A stretch of DNA of 63,494 nt, filler included, from Octopus bimaculoides (lineage: Eukaryota), in assembly GCF_001194135.2 (NCBI RefSeq). It is 9 parts of 9 records of this genome, joined end to end, with 100 filler letters (N's around TTAATTAATTAA, not from the genome) between each part and the next. Parts side by side here need not be neighbours in the genome. Positions count along the whole stretch, not along the records: positions 59,337 to 62,280 come from NW_026360470.1; positions 62,381 to 63,494 come from NW_026363960.1; 7 more parts are not named here. One strand, 5' to 3'. The notes beneath the pieces are model-generated. The model was not told the DNA's origin. It saw nothing but the letters and a program-made list of their open reading frames with translations, and searched no databases. Positions 60,092 through 63,494 of the stretch are shown piece by piece. The stretch's first letter is position 1, and each line of letters begins with the position of its first letter. The position numbers and the translations under genes are program-made.

Positions 60092-60700
60092 CTCTAGAAA
60101 TTGGTAATAAAGAAGATACAAGCATTTAAATATATGTAATTTTAGCCAATGGAAAACTTCCGTCTGCCAACATATCCGAGGTCGGTACTGTCTGTTGTCA
60201 TGGATATCAGCAAAGGCAACGAAGACGAAATTTTTACGTAGATTCTCAACCTGCTAGAAATAGCAGCCAAATCTTCTTCAAACAACACTACAATGCTTAA
60301 AAATCAGAAAGAACGAATCATTGATGTAGTGGGGAGTAGTATTTATTTTTATTCATAATTAAAATACCACTGCTTCGTTCTAAATTAAGTGATACTAATA
60401 TGCGTGTTTGTTGTTAATTGCGAATGAAAAACTTCCCAAACCTTCATTAAATAACGCTTCGTTCTTTTTGTTTTATTTTTATCTTCTTTTTAGATATTGT
60501 GATGTAGTTTAAAGAAGATTTGGCTGTTATTTCAAGCAATTCGAGAGACTACGTAAAGATTTCGTCGTCGATGTCTTTGCTGATTTCCATGACGACAGAC
60601 GATGCCGATCTATGATATGCTGGCAAGGGATTTCTTCGATTGGCTAAAATTACATACCTTTAAATGCCCGAATCTTTTTTGTTATTAATTTCTAGAAATA
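60092..60700. repeat. Long diverged inverted repeat (arms of about 200 bp) containing the family D motif
   Basis: About 60092-60310 aligns with the reverse complement of about 60480-60700 (gcatttaaa..tatgtaattttagccaat...gtcatgga.atcagcaaag...cagccaaatcttc). Confidence 0.8.
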
Positions 60701-60773
60701 AAGGAAAAAAATAAAACGTGGGTGTTCTATAAGAACAAGCGATTCTATTTTAACGCCAGCTAGTTTGATAAAT

Positions 60774-60811
<38 letters not shown>

Positions 60812-62280
60812 GAATGCGAATTTCGTCGTTAGCATATAAAAGTACATCAAAACAACATTCTTTAAAGAAGAATATTCTCAGAGTTTTTATAGTCATTAAC
60901 CAGTGGCGGTTCGTAGATAAAATTAGTTGGGGTTGGGGGTGTTGCTTCAGAAAATTTTTAGCCGTTGTTCTAATATTGTGTAAGAGGAAACAAACTTATA
61001 AAAATAATATTTATATATAAACTTGATCGGTTCAGTTTTAGCTACTGCCAGGTAGTGTGTTCAATTTGTTCACAGAACACCGCCGCGAATTGCCCCTTGT
61101 TTTTCATAAGTCTACTTTAAATCACCAAATAAGTGGGGGAAATCTGTCTTAGTTTTCACATCCTAGCAGCAACACTGAAGCTGGAAGCAGGATAATAATT
61201 TAATTCTACCCTTTATCACATTCGAGTATATAAACGCGTTTTTAAGAACAACACACGCAGAATCAAAAAGAAACACTACCTTTCACCGGCATTGCGTGAA
61301 GCATAGTGCTCTCTCTCCCAAGCGTGAAGCTTCCTATCTCGGACATGCGAGCATGTGCACAACAGCCAAACACCGCATTGCTGGAATTGTGAAGCGCACA
61401 GTTCTATACAAGGTTAAAAAAAAATTTCATAAACTAGGGAATGGCTACTGACATTAAACTTAAGCTTATATAACATATAAGTATAACGAAAGAATTAAAT
61501 AAAGAAGGACTCATTATATTGAATGTTGTCGATAATATCGAGTCGAAATAGGGGGTGCTGCAGTTCCGCAGTGCCTATACACGAGACGCCATTGTCATTA
61601 ACAATGAGAATGAGGCAAGCAATTCATTGCATTGCATAATTCTACAATTGTTTCATCGTCTCCTTCTAAGAATTCTATTGCTTGAATATTATTTTATAAT
61701 GTACGAAAAAAATACCTCGAATCAAAATTATACCAGCAATGCTGGAACAATATCAACTCCTCAGTTAGTGTAAAAGACAAATTTGCTATACAAATGCGTA
61801 CATATATTCATACATATATATGCACATATGTTTCAAATAGATACACAGAAAATACGCACAAACACATACATACATACATACATACATACATACATACATA
61901 CATACATACAGAATGGCATGCAGACAAACAGACAGAGTACATGCATTCTTATATGCTTTTGCGAAACTAAAAAAAAAATCTTCGTCATGGTAGAATAGAG
62001 AATGTGCCATACGGGCACATTAACGTCGATAAGGTCGCAGGCTATGACGAGAGAATTATGATAAAACAATTAATGAATCATTAAAGTAATTAAGGAACTA
62101 AATATCAAATTAACTGACAATACGCCTGAAGTAGAATACAACAAGCACGTGTGTAGTAATTAGTAGCAAGATCTTCTCAGATTAAAAACAACTCGTTCAG
62201 TACAAGATTTCCCTACTCAGGTTTTGTACAGTAAATTTTAAAACAAAGGAATACAGACACACTCACTCCCACATACACAA

Positions 62281-62380
62281 NNNNNNNNNNNNNNNNNNNN
62301 NNNNNNNNNNNNNNNNNNNNNNNNTTAATTAATTAANNNNNNNNNNNNNNNNNNNNNNNNNNNNNNNNNNNNNNNNNNNN
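62281..62380. other. Artificial 100-bp linker
   Basis: 44N-TTAATTAATTAA-44N. Confidence 0.95.
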
Positions 62381-62664
62381 GTTTTAGGGTTAGGGTTACG
62401 TAATCGTGCAGGTGTTAATCTGAAAAATCAGCGAAATGTGAAAACTACCGACCTTCCCATCTATTATAACTTTTGTTGTTCTGTTTAATATGTACATAGA
62501 TTATGCCTCCAAACTTGCTGGGGAAAGAAAGCAACCGGTTTAAAAAGACAGCAACAGACTGCAGCAATTCACCACATTCCAGAAGTTACTTTGAACATAA
62601 TGCAAAACGGTGCATCATTATCTACTGCCCAATCTGATAGAATTCTGGCAGAACTGTGTAGCAA

Positions 62665-63000
62665 CATATTCGCCAGCAATTGCTTCATCAGGAATTGCCG
62701 TCCTATCTTCTGCGAAAAGGAATTACCCTGCTATGTATAATCAAGGCAGCGCAAAAGGTTGTTTTGCACAAGCATTTGTATAGCCAATTAGACGGATGAA
62801 ATTTACGTACACTTAATAATGTTACACAAAACAGCCTTCAGACTTTCCCTTTTAATTTCGTCTTTTGAATTATGACCATATTTACATCATAAGGGTTTTT
62901 TCATTGTAAGGCTTTCTTTTTTAGTTGATTTTCACCTAGCAAGACTTATCGTAGATGGCGTAATAAGTCTCACCCGGACAACGTCGGGTTTTACTGCTAG
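62665..63000 (+). mobile_element. Helitron-like non-autonomous element, 3' portion (5' boundary uncertain)
   Basis: Homologous to 14628-14964. Hairpin cccggacaacgtcggg lies a few bases before the terminal CTAG (62997-63000), which is followed by T. Confidence 0.75.
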
Positions 63001-63494
63001 TTAGTCATAAGTAGGAAAAAAATCTTCGCAGTATTGATAAATTATCTGAATAATTCTGTTTCGCAGATGCAAAGCTGTATTAAGCAATTTTGGATGCCCA
63101 AAATACTGACTGTGTGATTTTAGTGTTTTTTGGGGATTTCAGAACGAATTTTTATAGCAAAAAAAAAAATATATATATAGCTATAATTTTCCAAGTTTTT
63201 CTTAAATGAAATGGTTCTATTAAGGACGATATACTCTATTAAAGCTCGTAATATTTTCTTTATTTAGGTATACATCTTAATTCACAATTTACAAGTTGAA
63301 TATATAAAAAATATGTCATTTGAACATTAGTAAACTAATTTACTAATGTTCTTAAGTTTTTAAGTTTTATCGCGCAACTGTATTTGTTTGGGAAATGAGA
63401 ATTAAGTGGCAGAGGAGGAAAGAAGGATGTAGAAAGAAAACAATGGGAAACTGTTCTCCAGCTATATATAGATGACAAATTATTAACCGAGGAT

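Noticed and set aside
550-62069. Most ORF-track entries (poly-I/Y/C/V/H/D ORFs and long X-filled ORFs)
   Set aside because: They are translations of microsatellites or N gaps with no domain content.
62381-62398. TTAGGG repeats as a telomere
   Set aside because: There are only about two units at a segment edge, followed by complex sequence.

Overview
AT-rich, repeat-dense animal genomic DNA, very likely octopus or another coleoid cephalopod. This rests on TGEKPFHCEICGK-type C2H2 fingers, recurrent tRNA-headed SINEs and extreme microsatellite density; the species is an inference. The window is not one continuous locus: eight identical 100-bp linkers (44N-TTAATTAATTAA-44N) join nine segments, and there are further plain N gaps. 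Two host genes are supported. One is the last four coding exons of an RNF181-like RING-H2 E3 ligase (minus strand, 7670-13233), missed by the ORF track, with its 5' exons absent. The other is a single-ORF C2H2 gene with 8 fingers (minus, 45423-46256), followed by decayed fingers. The rest is mostly mobile DNA: several SINE families, RTE and Penelope-like RT fragments, mariner relics, hAT-Charlie and TTAA (piggyBac-like) MITEs, and Helitron ends. The best leads are (1) a tRNA-headed SINE-like element carrying a complete minimal Penelope-type hammerhead ribozyme fold (41091-41136), plus a second, degenerate hammerhead (56662-56717) and a Penelope-like RT fragment (1-413), and (2) a fold-back mariner derivative whose inversion junction recurs in two separate segments. 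All alignments and folds were done by eye; no database searches were run. SINE and other repeat boundaries are approximate. SINE and repeat family letters (A-D, R) are my own working labels.
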